A stretch of 64,000 nucleotides of DNA from Hormiphora californensis (GCA_020137815.1 CM035360.1:7316001-7380000), one strand, 5' to 3'. Shown: positions 11,186-31,102, numbered from the stretch's first letter. Made by a program: numbers and translations. The notes: generated from the letters alone by a model not told the origin.

Positions 11186-12230
11186 GGGGAGCTGAATACT
11201 GCCAGCATGAGATAGATAATGGTAATTTATTACTGTAGACGAGCATCCCATAGTGTGTTATGCAACCTTCTTTCAATCTGATCCGATGAACTTTCATCCG
11301 AGCTCTTACAACATTGAACATCTACCTTCCACTCTCTCCCAATTCCACTCTCTCTCTCTCTCTCTCTCCATGTTATTCGTCAGAAATGTTTCACTCTCTC
11401 TCTCTCCCATTTTCTCTCTCTCTCTCTCCCTCATCTCACTGAGAGAATGGTGTACAATATGGGAATATAGAGTAGTAATCTAAAGTAGTTTTATTATTTC
11501 TATAATGGTCAATAACATAATCAAGTGGTAGTTATTAGAAAATTCAGGCCACTACTTCACGGCACTATAATTAGACGTGTTAAAATGATACAATGATGTG
11601 ATAGCTATCTGCTATAATTGCACCATACTATTCAGTATTCAAGTATTTGGCGACAGTTTAAACTTTATGAAGTGATCATGCTGCGTGACGCCGTGACACC
11701 CAGGTATTATTATATGGAGTTAAAATATGGAGAAACAGCTACTAGGGGTACGTTAATTATTGCTAGGATTAATTGCCTTTGTATTCTATGGTACATGGAG
11801 CACCATGGTAGTGTACTACACGGACAGAGCTTTATACCGGCTGACACCAAATTTAAACGTACAAGTTTTAGTTGGGTCTCCAGAAACTTTGATTCCCAGT
11901 ATGATTGATAGAGTCTACAACATATCCACGTGCATTGAAATACAGAGTGCTTTATGAAGAAGATTTCAATGGAGATGGAGAGATTTATAAAGGAGCACGC
12001 GTATGGAATTGGAAGGATCGATAAATTAATTGAGGCAATACTGCCACGGCATGCACTACAACTCTGTTTTTTGATCGATCTCATAATTTGAACTGTCTGG
12101 ACGGTAAGGTAGATTATAGAAGGGATTTAGGAAAAAAGAGGGCAGCGTTCTTAAGGTTCTTGGAAAAGCATATATGCTTGTCTCTTAAACTACTACTGCA
12201 GTATATTTCTCATTAAAACATGTAAAAATG

Positions 12231-12296
12231 CTGTCTGGCGCCGCGACCCATCTGAGCGCACTGAGAATCAAATTGGGGTCTGGCGCCGCCAGACAG
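12231..12296. mobile_element. 66-bp mini-element (CTGTCTGGCG...CGCCAGACAG), 8-bp TSD TAAAAATG
   Basis: TSD at 12223-12230 and 12297-12304. Degenerate relatives at 572-624, ~7852 and ~8230-8242. Confidence 0.85.
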
Positions 12297-13499
12297 TAAA
12301 AATGAAACTTTGCTGTTTCAACTACTACTAGCTCCCAGGCTGCTAGATACATATAGTATTTTAGCCAGCATAATTTAACCTATCAAGATGCTGTCAGACT
12401 AACAGTCAAGTTAGACTTTTAACAAATTCTGTCGGCTTGATTCTCAGAAATTCGCATACTAGTTAAATGCAACATAATATATTAAACTGTATATCAGTCA
12501 AACTCAGTGGGATATGCTTTCCATACGCTGACTGCCGAGAATCTTTAAACCAACGAAATGCACAAGTTCTTTCAATCAAAATGAACCCAAATCGAAACTG
12601 ACAACTTCTTATTAGTTTGGAAAATTGTTTTTCTATTCGTTTAAATCCCATTTCTTTTCTAATTTAGCTGTCAGGCACTACCGATATATCACACTGACAT
12701 GTCCTTCTATATATGAAGGTTGACGACCTCATTTAACAGGTCTATATAGTGTACCGTGTCTCTACTTGTTGAGTAAGGGGGAATTGTCTCTCGTCAATAA
12801 GGTGTCAAATACCTTTTAAAAGTTTCGATTCCCAGAGTCCCAGACTCTCTCATATTAAACATATATTGACAGTACAGTTATATTGAGATTGTGACAATTG
12901 CAGCTATAACTTAGAATATTTTGGAGAGGTCTTATACCTCTGTCTGGTTCTCGCTCTATCTCTCTTTTTATGTATGTTTATCTCTCTTTATATCTATCTC
13001 TCTATCTCTCGCTCTCTCACGTTTTTCCAGAATTGCACCACATAGTTGCTTTCATATTGTTCATGGCCCATGTAGCGTGTCGTTATTGCAATGATAGGTA
13101 CATGATTATAATCTGTTCATATATGAACAGATATTGCATGAATATTGTCTCTCATATAATTGCAATACGCCTTTGTGTTAGATTGATGATATTCCTTCAT
13201 TGCCTAATGTAGGTATTTGCCTGTGATAGTATACCCCTCTTATTGTGCCAACTTGGTAATATTATTAGAATTCGTCCTACCCATGATCGGTATTCTTAGT
13301 GCACTACCATGCTATCTGAATAATAATATAGATACAATCCTTTGTCCGCACGATTATATAATCCCATGATAATAGGGACTGCACCCCAGAAACTGCAATA
13401 TGTCTGAATTGTGTTCCGTAGATATTGACTGTTTGAATATTCTCTGTATTTAGACTCCCAAATCATTCCACTTCTTTTGAAGCTGGGTATATATAAACA

Positions 13500-15133
13500 A
13501 TGGAGACGCCTGTGATACGAGACCAGCTGACCCGTACTACAGAAGAGGACCGACAAGTTGTCCTACCTGTAATTACAACAGAGCAGGAGCATGTTGTTCC
13601 ACGAAGGAGCTCTCCGAACATTCTTCCTTTTTCGTATCCCCTCCAAAACGTAATGTTCACGTTGTGTATCTGTGGGTAGGGGATGTGGGTTGAGCGTGGG
13701 AAAATACGTTGTGAGCTACAGAGATGTGGGTGATAAAATATTCAGTATTTTCAAGTAGTACTAGTTAGAACTTTCTGTCTGGGTCCGTTATACGAGGGGG
13801 TGAGTTCATTTGACGTCACTGTAACATAAACCATCAAACCACACTCTCTCCGTTCTACAGCTGCTAATCCAACCACTCTCCCACCAGTTACTGAGCAGCT
13901 ATTGTCTGAGTCTGAGTGCGTATGGTGCGGCACTAGCTCCGCCACTCCCCTTCCCTACCATTAAAACGGAGTCCTCCCCCGACCGGTCAAGTGGTGAGTT
14001 GCATGTGCTAAAATGCATTATTATACCACCACACCCTGCATTAAGAGGCTACATTTAAATGTTTCCGATAACCATGCTCTCACTATATAGTCTATAACAG
14101 AAAACGATTATACCCACATTGCATGGAGACAATAAAATAACGGTACCATGTGTCTTTCAGATGTCAGTTCAACTATCCTGTCCCCGTCCCCTCCCCACCA
14201 TCCCCTTCTAACCCATCCTGGCCTATCAGACAACTTGACACGGGAGGGAGGAGGGAAAAAGAAGCGAAGTGTTAGGAGGACATTCACCGACGAACAGGTC
14301 TGTTTGTGGGTTACAAAGGAACACACAGGGGCGCTCGCGCAGAGGGGTAATTTCATTACCAGCTCTGATTTTCTGTTTTTGGAAGATGTTTGTCCATGTC
14401 TGTTGTGTTGTTTACAATTTGTCTTCTATATTGTACAAAAGCCTTGTTTTAAGTCCCGATTCTTCACCCTGATCTAGGTTGCAAAGTTGGAAACATATTT
14501 TGATTACAAAAGATACTTCACGCCCTCAGAACGGTCAAGAATAGCTCAGGTATAGTGTTTTAACTTTTAAATTTATTGTTTCGTATGAATAATGATATGT
14601 CGCCTCAAACTGCAGTCGAAGGAGTTTTGTGACTCCTTGACTAACCTTCAGAGTTTCATGTAACTAGCCGGATAACTAGTCGGAAATGAGAAAGTTTCCA
14701 TATAAAACTTGGAGGGCCGATGGTTGACAGACATCGTTCTAAATGGTAATTTCTCATTTCAGGAGCTCCTGCTATCAGAGACTCAAATCAAGACGTGGTT
14801 TCAAAATCGCCGGGCTAAGGATAAGAGAGATGAAAATGAAAGAAGGGAACAGGTATAAAACACGTACAGCCCCTTCCTAAGAATCTCATTTTCAACTAAT
14901 AACAATCTCATTATTCCTAACTCATTCCTTCTTTTACAACTTTACAGACCAAATATGACTGGTTCAAACCACAATTCAAGAACTGATTTTGAAACAGCTC
15001 TAATTCTAAATATGTCTCATTGTTACAGGAGCAGTTACGATATCGACAGTTGGCAGCGAAGGCGAAGTTGATGACACAACTTGGGGAAAGAGCTCTCCAT
15101 CCTTACAGCAGTATTATATCTCGGAACTCCTGA
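13500..15133 (+). CDS. ANTP/NKL-class homeobox transcription factor (Tlx/Hex-like), 6 exons
   Basis: Exons 13500-13649, 13861-13993, 14161-14297, 14478-14549, 14763-14852, 15029-15133 join in frame. Homeodomain KKRSVRRTFTDEQ|VAKLETYFDYKRYFTPSERSRIAQ|ELLLSETQIKTWFQNRRAKDKR is followed by a Tlx-like charged helix. The first two exons are less certain. Confidence 0.88.
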
Positions 15134-15600
15134 TATGTGAAGATCAGATCTCCTAGTCCTAGATATGTGAAGAGATAGTCCTAACTAATCCTGATAACAT
15201 CTCGGAACTCTTAATTAATCTGAATCGTTTACAAACTTCTTGAGCTATTTGGTTTATTGGAAACTGTGCAACATGGGGCCTGATATGAAGTTGAACAGAC
15301 ATATGTTGTTTTCCCTCAAGATTGGAGCGGGATATGCAGTTGTTATATGGCCCCACATGGGGTCTACATGTATAATCTTAATTATATGCAGTGTGTATAT
15401 CGATACCTTTATTTATTAACTTTCGGGGCCGCTTTGACTTTAACATTGCTTTGGAGCAAGCGCCAAGCCAATCGCAAAGAATGATTCATTCTTTGTGATC
15501 TGTTTTGAAATCTTCCCACGTTGACAAATGTTAGGTGACCACGGCTATTTTGTTTGTGTAATATGTACCTCAAAGTGGGGACAATTTCATGAATTGTGGT

Positions 15601-16965
15601 TAACTTACTTGATACTTGGAACGGTCTCCTCAATCATTCGAGTGGCCGGCTTCCGGTATCCTCACTCTTAGCGTCGTAAGCTGTCGCCATTCGTTACGGT
15701 TCATTGCAGTCGTAGTAATTGTACGGATAGACTGGGATTTTCCTGTAGCGTCTCGATAGTCATTTAACACACAGGAGGACCAAGTTTTTCGTGGTCTTCC
15801 TCTGGATCGTTTTCCATGACTAGGCACCCAATGATAAAGTCTGTTGGGAACCCTATCCTCAGGCATTCTAATCATGTGCCCAAACCATCGGAGTCTCCCA
15901 TTGCCAATGAACGCAGATAATGGTTCTATCCCAGCTCTCTCCAATACCTCCCTGTTAGACACCCGCTTATACCATTGTATTCTCAGGATTCTCCGCAGGC
16001 ACCGTTGGTGGAATGCCTCCACGCGGCGATCTTGCACCTGGGTTGTTGTCCAGGCCTCACAACCATAGAGAAGCACCGTCAGAACAGCAGCTCTGTATAT
16101 CCTGATCTTGGTACAGGTCCTGATGTTACGGTTGTACCAGATCCGACAAAGCATACTGAATGCACTGTAAGCTTTCCCTATCCTGATACCCAGCTCCTTG
16201 TCGATGGTACCATCAGAGGACAAAGCCGATCCGAGATAGGTAAAACTGGAAACCTGCTCAACCGGATTACCCTCCACAGAAATGCTGACAGTATCCGCCT
16301 CGGAAAATGGGCGCTGGCTAAGACCCTTTGAAAAAGCTACAACTTTGGTCTTCTTCGCGTTAATCTTCAAGCCAGCATACCCTGCGTATTTTACCAGCAA
16401 ATCTGTAGACTCCTGGAGACCTTCCTCAGTATCATCCATAACAGCCATGTCATCAGCATAGTCGAGGTCCATGATCCATTCCCCACCCTCATCACTCTCA
16501 GCGCCGTGAAGAGTGAGACCCCTGGAGACAGTCTTGTTGGACTCAGCAAGCTGAGCCGCCCAGTTAATCACGATGTTAAAGACTGGAGGACCCTGGATGT
16601 CGCCTTGACCAGTACCACTGAGAACACTGAACCAGCTGGAGAGCTCCCCACCATGTCTCACTGCACTCATAGTACCGTCAAAGAATGCTCGAATTATCCG
16701 GACATACTTCTCTGGAAGACCGTAATGGCGAAATGCGGCCCAGACGAAATCCCTGTTTATACAATCGAAAGCGGATTTGAAATCAATAAAGTTTATATAC
16801 AACGGTAAATTATAATCGATACACTGGTGGATGATGGTACGGAGGGAATAAATCTGATCCACACAAGACCGGTTACGTCTGAATCCACACTGATTCTCTC
16901 GAAGTGCCAATTCAAGACCAGAAGACAACCTGTTCAGCATAATTATCTGGAACAGCTTGGAAGTG
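15601..16965 (-). mobile_element. 5'-truncated RTE-clade non-LTR retrotransposon (RT domain plus C-terminus)
   Basis: ORF 15630-17045 contains QCGFR, FIDFKSAFD, GTGQG, YADD, FTYLGS, LLYGCEAW, RLRWFGH and RGRPRKTW. The very short 3' UTR ends in a CAAGTA-type repeat tail (15601-15618). No endonuclease domain. Confidence 0.92.
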
Positions 16966-17130
16966 GTGGATCGCAAAGTGCTAGAGATTACACAAGTAGT
17001 TGCTGCATCTCCCTCATCAGAATAGTCAGAACTATGTACTAGCACATTGGACCATAGTACATTGTGCGTGTAGTTGAATTACAATAACTAGACTAATATG
17101 TTTCTCGTTTCAACAAAGTTACCGAAATTG

Positions 17131-17655
17131 GGGGGGGGGGGGGGCCTGCCGCAAGAATCTCATGCCTCATTGGCGATTTTCAGGGTAGCTGGGATTTTTG
17201 AGATTTTCGATTTTTGGCTAAAAAACGTGGGATTTTTGAGATTTTTGAGGCAAATTTGCGATTTTTGGGGGAAAACCCGCAAATTTTTCTCAAAAATCTC
17301 ATAGAAAGGACAAATTTCCATTCGAAAATTTGGAATAGAAACAAACCTTGTGTTTTTCTACCAAAAATCAAAATTCTGAATAGAAATGTTCCTTGTGTTC
17401 TAGTACAAAAGTTAATGTGAAGCTAAAACATGAAATCTACCAATTTAAATTACTAAACTGCTATTATGATTCAGTTTTAAGCTAAAAAATATGTCGAAAA
17501 ACTGAGTATTGGCAGCCAAAATTGTGCCAATTTACCACAAAAATCTCAAAAATCTCAAACGTAATTGAGCAAATTTTCCCAAAAATCTCAAAAATCTCAT
17601 CGGCCGAAAAGAGGGTAGCTGAGATTTTTGCGGCAGGCCCCCCCCCCCCCCCCCC
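17131..17655. mobile_element. Non-autonomous element with poly-G/poly-C termini and TIRs; TSD GAAATTG (extendable to CCGAAATTG)
   Basis: G-run-CCTGCCGCAAGAATCTC ... GAGATTTTTGCGGCAGG-C-run; internal GAGATTTTT/AAAAATCTC repeats. Confidence 0.85.
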
Positions 17656-18300
17656 GAAATTGAATATTTAAGCGTGTTAAATTTAACAAAGACTTAATTA
17701 TTTCTTCTTGTCTTTTATAATCAGTTCTCTCTTAACTTATCATCACTATACAATAATTCTCTTTGTCCTCCACCTCACTCTCTATATCCCTCTCTCCTTT
17801 AAGTGTTCTCTCTTTCCGGCCTTGAATAATTCTATGAGGTCCAATCTCAGGTTGGCACCACTAGTATGTAATAACAGTCCGAGGCGTGATGTTGCGTTTT
17901 GCACTAAAACTGTTGCTTGTTATTTGTTATTAACAATTCAGCATTTAAATTTATTATTTCCAAAAAAGCAGTTTCCATGCAACCATATTGATACTAATTG
18001 TGGGATTTGGGCACTCACAGGAATCACATTTTCGGTTTTGAGATTAAAGTTTTGGGTTGGTGCTGTAGCAATTTGGTCGAATCTTTGATTAGGAAAATAA
18101 GTAAATAAATATTGAAACACTTACAATATTTGAGAGATGTAAGTTGATAAAATGACTGTTGTAATTCCTGTGTCTGCCCCACTCCAATCACTTGTTTATA
18201 CAATTTACAGAGAGTTTTTGTAAACAGATTCCTCAGTCTAATAAGCATGGTAGATCCTAAAGCGGACAATATGATCAGTTCGTGTCATTCTAAAAGTTTT

Positions 18301-19953
18301 TTACACTTTTATTTCCTGAACGATATCATCTTCCATCGTTCCGAGTCCTGCAGCGTGGAGCTCAGCAGGCAGGCTCACATAGTCACTTGTCTGTTCCGAA
18401 CCCTTCCCACCATCATGCTCATCAGACAAGGTAGGGAGTGCCTGGACCCTCCTTGCTCCCCTGTTCCCTGGTACAGCTGTAAGACTGGTTATCGAAGCCC
18501 TAGCTTGGGAAGCAGGAACAGTTTCCATTACTGTTGTGGCACCGTTTGCAGCCATACTATTACTGGAAACTGGACCCCGTGTAACTCCACCACCACCACC
18601 ACCTCGGGTCGTTGTGGGTGCTATGGAGTTTCCATCGCTGCTAACCCACAGACTCGCCTTGGCATCACGGAGTATCTTGTGGAGGAGCTTACCGACGAAC
18701 TTCTTAAACTTGGGATTGGCAAAACAGTAAATTATTGGGTTTCCACAGCTGCTCAAGAGGAAGGTGTTTGCTGCAAACTGCATTGGGTAATGACTGGTTA
18801 CCACATGGGAAAAGAATGAACGGAGGAATTCGACGAAGATGAGGGGTGTCCAGGAGCAGATGAGTAGACCGGAAATGAGGTAGATAGTGTTGAGTCCTCG
18901 TTGTTTGTTCAGTGCTCCCTTCTCTTTGATTGCCTTCCGAAGGTCCTTAGTCTTCTGTTTCGAGTATCGTAGGAGGAGGAAGTTGGTTGTTACTATCACC
19001 TAGCAGGATGAGATATATCTCATTAATTATAATTAATTATATATAATTAGTTTCTTTTGGATACGGTAGACGGTAAACAATATCTTTAGGACATCTAGAG
19101 ACGATTGAATAGTTAAATTCATACTTCACAAATCGAGCTGATTTGCTCTCCAATTACAAACAAAAGCTCTTACCTGGAAGGGTATCCCCATGAATACTAT
19201 GAGGTGTATCTTCAGAAGGAGAGGGTATGTATCAGCACTAACATTAAAGTAACACAATGGCAGTGCGGGGTTCATTTGTGGAATGGTCGGAGGATCATGC
19301 CAAATGTAGGCCAGAAACGGAGTTGTACACACCAGCGACAAAGCCCATATAAAGATCACGGTTATGATCCCGTGCGTTCGGTTGAAGTTCACCATCTTCA
19401 TTGGATAGTAACATCTCAAGATCCGGTGAACGGATATCATCATGGTGAGGAAGAACCCCACGGGAGAGAGGAATGCAATGAGATATCCATTCACCCAGCA
19501 CCAGGTTAGTCCAAACACCCAGCCCCTGGCTATGTGGGTCACGGCACACGGAATGAGTAGGAGTATCGTGTAGGTCAGATCGGCCACCGCCAGCTGTTGA
19601 ACAAAGAAGACGGTCACACTGTCAAGGTTGAAGGCAGAGTACCGGGCACTGGCGAAGATCACCACGGAGTTACCCAGAATACTTGATATCACCAGGGCCG
19701 TCTGATGTGGAGAGAGATATTGGATTGTTATATTTTTGATGCCTGTGTCTATGCTACAAGTACAACTAAACTGATTAGTAACCCTGAATTAAGATTTCCA
19801 AAGCATAACATATACCTGGAAGCATGCTAGAATAACTGAGGTCCAGAGGGGTGTGATATCCCGGTAAACCTGGTTGCAGGCTGCTATATCACCAGAGGGA
19901 CAATCAAAGTAGTGAGTCACTGCAGCTGCTGATCCTACTGAGTAATTGGACAT
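18301..19953 (-). CDS. Class A (rhodopsin-like) orphan GPCR, 3 exons, ~454 aa
   Basis: Exons 19953-19816, 19701-19174, 18999-18301. TM1 GN, TM2 LAVADL, TM3 HRI (DRY variant), TM6 CSWTP, TM7 NPIIY. Confidence 0.9.
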
Positions 19954-20652
19954 ACTGAGCTAGATGGGAAAGTATTTGATATATTGCGTAGAAGATAGAA
20001 TTATAAAAAAGGTTTGAACGAAAGGGTATTAAAATGAGACATGATGTCTAAATGCACCCTGACCCTCCTCCGGATGATGATTGTGAAAGAGGATCTGTCT
20101 GGTGACAGAGGAGGATAGAATCTACAGTTGCAGTGCACCGGGTGCCGACAGTGCTCTATCACAGAGCAAATATTTGAGGATAGAATCTAGACAAACAACA
20201 GAAAACGCGTCAAGGAAATTGAAAGCGTCATGTCGACTCTAAAGTCTAACTCTAACAGCAGATGTTATGAAATCAGAGCACCGTGAAATTTAAAAATATG
20301 TTTCACAATAGTATCACCCGGGGTGTATTTAGATTCATTTCACCTCCAGAAAATGGATTTCTAGGAAATATAGGGATTCAGTTTCAAATATAATGACCAC
20401 TTTCCCCTTCACCTGTCAGCACAGGATCATTGCTGCAGGTGGCGGGATATTAAATCTACTTGGAAACACACACATAGCAACCCCACACACTCGACACTAG
20501 CCCGATTCAATACTGGAAACTATAATGGTACACGTGCTAAGTGTGTGCCACGAGGGAATCCTAACTGGTAGACAACAGCTGTGTGGACGAGCCTTATATT
20601 CACAAACTAGTGAACGAAACATGATCTGCATGTTCTATATGAAGTACTGCTG

Positions 20653-20750
20653 CAGTCGGACCCCGATTTACCGGGCGAATGAAGCATAGTTACCTTTCTC
20701 TTTGCCAAAAAATGACAATAAATTAACCAAACGCCAGATTAAGGTAGTTA
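20653..20750. mobile_element. Truncated left end related to the CAGTCGGACCCCGATTTA MITE family
   Basis: Same terminus as the 25013-25184 element; no right TIR. The right boundary is approximate. Confidence 0.55.
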
Positions 20751-21194
20751 CAATTCATTTACATTCTACACCTCGATTACAATATTCACACCCCGTCCCT
20801 TATTTTCATCGCTATCTATTTATGTATAATGGTATTGGTTATCAATAATTGGTTATCAATAATTTCACTTATTCATTTTCTATCTTTGGTAATATATCAC
20901 TGTCTTCATTTCCACTGTCTTCATTTCAGTTTCATTACTTCATCAATAGTCATATCTCTCATAACCCCCTTGGCTCCATCCCCATCCTCAACATACCCAT
21001 CATTACCTCCTCTCTCCCCATGTTGAGTTACTCAACAACTCTCCCCATGATTCATATTCATCCCACTTTGTCTATCCCACTTGCAGTAACCTCCCCTCAA
21101 CAGCTGGGGACTGCTGTATGCTCCTTTTGTTCCCTAGTTTATGAGGACTCATTTGAATATATTTACCATAACCATCTAACCGCACTTCGAGGAG

Positions 21195-21296
<102 letters not shown>

Positions 21297-21334
21297 CAGC
21301 AGTCAAGCCGCTGGCATTCTTCCTTTGCGTACTA

Positions 21335-22537
21335 CAGGGTGTCCCACTGTCTTTGCATCACCTGTGATTTTGGGTCATGACCGGGCTCCATTAAACTAAC
21401 CAAAACTCATCGAAAAATTGGTCAAAATGGTTCTAACAGAAACCAGTGTTCTAGAGAATTGTCTGGCGAACATTTTGGTGGCAAGATTGACGTTCCAAGT
21501 CTTACCAATCGTCAGATATATCGTCGTAAAGTCAAAAGTACGTGTTCATGAAATCCGACCGTGGTTCACGTTTTGAAAAATTCACAAATGCAAAGTTGCT
21601 CGGATCACATCGCATCCCTCATAAGAGTTGTAGGAAATTGTCTGGCGGTCATTTTGGTACCCGGGTTTTGGTCCTAGCTCAATGTTTAGAGTGTCTTATG
21701 ACTGTCTAAAGACGAAATTCAACCAGCATTTTTGAGGGGATCACGTGTCATCAACAAATGGGTAAAATGATTTGAAATTTACAAGAGCTTCATTGGAATC
21801 GTCTAAGGTTCATTTTGATACCATGATTTTTTCCATAGCTCTATGTTTTAGTTGCGTTATGACTGTAGGAACATGAAAATTGTTCTATGCTGAGTCTTAG
21901 TTGGTATCGGCTCACAACCCCTAATTAGGTGGCTCGGTGTCGTGTGTAATCCTATGATAATTAGCACACATCGTCTCAATTTCATCTAGACACGTGACAG
22001 GGTTGTTATGACGATTTGTCAAGGCCCCTGTTAATGTGTAGGATATGCAAGTGGTCTATCTCAACCCTATCATGCACTAACATGTTATTCAAGCAGCAAT
22101 GAGCTTCATAACAAGGCAAAATGCAATGCGATACCTGATACCAATTTTGGAAAAATTCCAGTTCTGACAGTCATAAGACACTCTAAACATTGAGCTAGGA
22201 CAAAAACCCGGGTACCAAAATGACCGCCAGACAATTTCCTACAACTCTTATGAGGGATGCAATGTGATCCGAGCAACTTTGCATTTGTGAATTTTTCAAA
22301 ACGTGAACCCCGGTCGGATTTCATGAACACGTACTTTTGACTTTACGACGATATATCTGACGATTGGTAAGACTTGGAACGTCAATCTTGCCACCAAAAT
22401 GTTCGCCAGACAATTCTCTAGAACACTGGTTTTCGTTAGAATCATTTTGACCAATTTTTCGATGAGTTTTGGTTAGTTTAATGGAGCCCGGTCATGACCC
22501 AAAATCACAGGTGATGCAAAGACAGTGGGACACCCTG
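21335..22537. mobile_element. 1.2-kb Tc1/mariner-type non-autonomous element with ~370-bp near-perfect TIRs and TA duplication
   Basis: TA|CAGGGTGTCCCACTGTCTTTGC...GCAAAGACAGTGGGACACCCTG|TA; arms ~21335-21706 and ~22166-22537. No transposase ORF. Confidence 0.93.
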
Positions 22538-24237
22538 TATTATATTTCGTTGTGTGGCTGTTTTCAGCGTATTTTCATATTGAGTAGCAAAATCATTCTC
22601 CAAGTCATTCTTTATGTTGTCACTCCTACGTCACGGGTATTATATGACACATAGTTTCGTTTTCTTCTGTCAAATTTATCGACCGGGTAGCCTTTCGTAG
22701 CCTACGTGACCTCATCGCCACACCCATTATAGTTTGGAGCGTGTGTAGTTCTGTGTAGAATGTACAGGATCCAATTCCGCTATAATTATATGGTCCACAA
22801 TCGAATTTTTCAATCACCGATTTCACTTCCAATACCATACACTTCTTTTACCTATTACCGGCCCGCTTGAAGAGTTTATATATAATTTCCACCGATCTTT
22901 ATACAAGGTACAGGGTTCTCTTGCACGTGCGGTTTAGTTTCTTCGCCCTTAAAGTTAAAATCATTCCTACCCCAACTGCAGTGGGAATATTATTTGTTTA
23001 AAATTCATACCACTAGATGAGAGTCACATGATATGGACAATTAGCGTCATAGTCACGTCTTAAAACTCCCCTCATTGTTCTCCCTCCTTTACAGGCCCAT
23101 TGTGCTTGCTCTAAGTGTGTGTGTCCCATGGCTAGCTAAGTGTTTACATGACTCTCAACAACTCTCTCAATAGCAATTGAGGTCACGATCTTTGTGGGAA
23201 AATATGTTAGAGAGAAATCACGTATGCACTGAGGTTTAAAGTATATACCACGTGTACAACGTACTGAGGAATCTTTGTAGTAGTAGTTGACCACAGGTAG
23301 TGAACCGCAGCTAAGTCTAACTATTTGATATTTGGGTTAGTTGCCTCATCATCTAAACACCGAACGATAGTGACGTTCTGTGTATTTGCGTGCTAGTACA
23401 TGCAGCTCAGTAGATCAGCTGATCTTAGCCTTAAAAGTAGTACAGCTTGTAGGAACGATTTAATAGAGTTGCATATAAGGGCTCAAGGTGTTCGAATTGC
23501 ATTTATATGTAAATGAACCTATATATACTACGGCAGGCGTTATAAGTTTGTTCATTTCGATTTTGCATGCTTGACCAACGCGTTCATTGCAACGTGTTCA
23601 CGCCGTATCTTCATTCCCCCACCGCGGTCCTACTCCAAATATTGCCCAGATATATTTCCACAGAACCCTCTCATCCAGGGGGAGGCCTATCTTTCTCTTC
23701 AGTTGTCTAATAACACTGTCCTATTGACACCCAATTAAAGGCGAAATGAACATGCCACTATAAGACGTGCGAGTGAGAGAGAGAGATAAAGATAGATATA
23801 GGGAGAGAGAGAGAGAGAGGGAGAGATAGAAAGAGAGAGATAGAAAGAGAGGACGGTCACACACGTGTAGGTGCTAAACCTAGGAGAACAGTGACAGCAC
23901 TTTTAATATAGGCAAGCCAATATAACATTTCTACTAGTCTATCTATGCATGGCATCAATTAGGTTATGGTGCAACTGTGCAATTTAATCAACCGCCATTA
24001 CCATTATTATAACATGATCCATATCACAAGTTCTTTCTAGCACTCCCAAGGCTCACTTGATCTACATATTATTATAGGGTATAATACTGGAGGGTGTGAG
24101 TGACAGAGAGAGTAAATCGATTGAATATTCTCAGTTCAACTTGTGATGTTGTATTATAAGCAAGCTGCAACAACACCCGTTTCCCTCGCTAGTGGCCCTG
24201 TTTGTTGTGTCTGTGCCTCCATTCATTAGGAGATAGC

Positions 24238-24377
<140 letters not shown>

Positions 24378-25012
24378 GAACGAGTACTTAGTCACAATCT
24401 TTGCAAGTCTGAGTAATGTAAGAACTACTCTAGCTCTCATTCCATTAGCATGCTTTAAAAAACGAAAATTTTTGACGCCAGCCCTATATCTCTATTTCTT
24501 TCTATACCCCCATTTCTTTCTCTTTCATTCTCTGACTCACAGGTTCATATTTCTAATCAAAATCAGTTTCTTTCCTAGAATGTAAAAGATTTTGATTCTA
24601 ATAAAATTTTGAAATTGATAAAATATCTATTAATAGTAATGCCAATGGGCACATACGTCTCAATGGATGATTTACGAACTACTTTACTACGGTCGAATTA
24701 TATTGCTCACGTTCAAAGAATCTCATGCTCCCTTACCATTAAATTTGAGACTAAAATTATATAGCCAGGGCATTTTGAAAGCTAGTATATAGGGGGCAGG
24801 AGCATTAGATTAGTGCCAGTGCTCCTAGTTAAAACGTTTAAAAGATCCTACGCAATGTCTCGCTATGGTGTAATTGGTAAAGTTACAGGCAGCTGCTGTC
24901 TCGACTGTTGAACAGTTAGTAAATAAATAGCAGAGAAACTATTTTACTTCTTAAGTTGTACTGCCCTGTTTTGTCTAGCTGTTGTTTAAAATTAGTGCTT
25001 AGTTAATTAATA

Positions 25013-25184
25013 CAGTCGGACCCCGATTTAGGGACACCCTCGGGGGAAAGGCTCTTGTCCACTAAATCGGGGTGTCCACTAAATCGGGGTGAAATAAGGT
25101 TAATTTCCTATATCGGGGGAAAAAAATCCTGTCCCTAAATCGGGGTGCCACTAAATCGGGGGCCCCTAAATCGGGGTCCGACTG
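25013..25184. mobile_element. 172-bp pogo/Tc1-type MITE, TA duplication
   Basis: TA|CAGTCGGACCCCGATTTAG...CTAAATCGGGGTCCGACTG|TA; internal CTAAATCGGGG repeats. Lies ~130 bp upstream of the GPCR2 ATG. Confidence 0.92.
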
Positions 25185-25312
25185 TAGATTATATTATCAT
25201 TCGAAAGAAAATATATGTAATACCAGAATCTTGGTAAACAAACTAATGAACTTTGTTTTATAGCCCTGATAGTGATTAGTAAACAAAGACCTTAAAGCAG
25301 AATTTAACGAAA

Positions 25313-31102
<5,790 letters not shown>

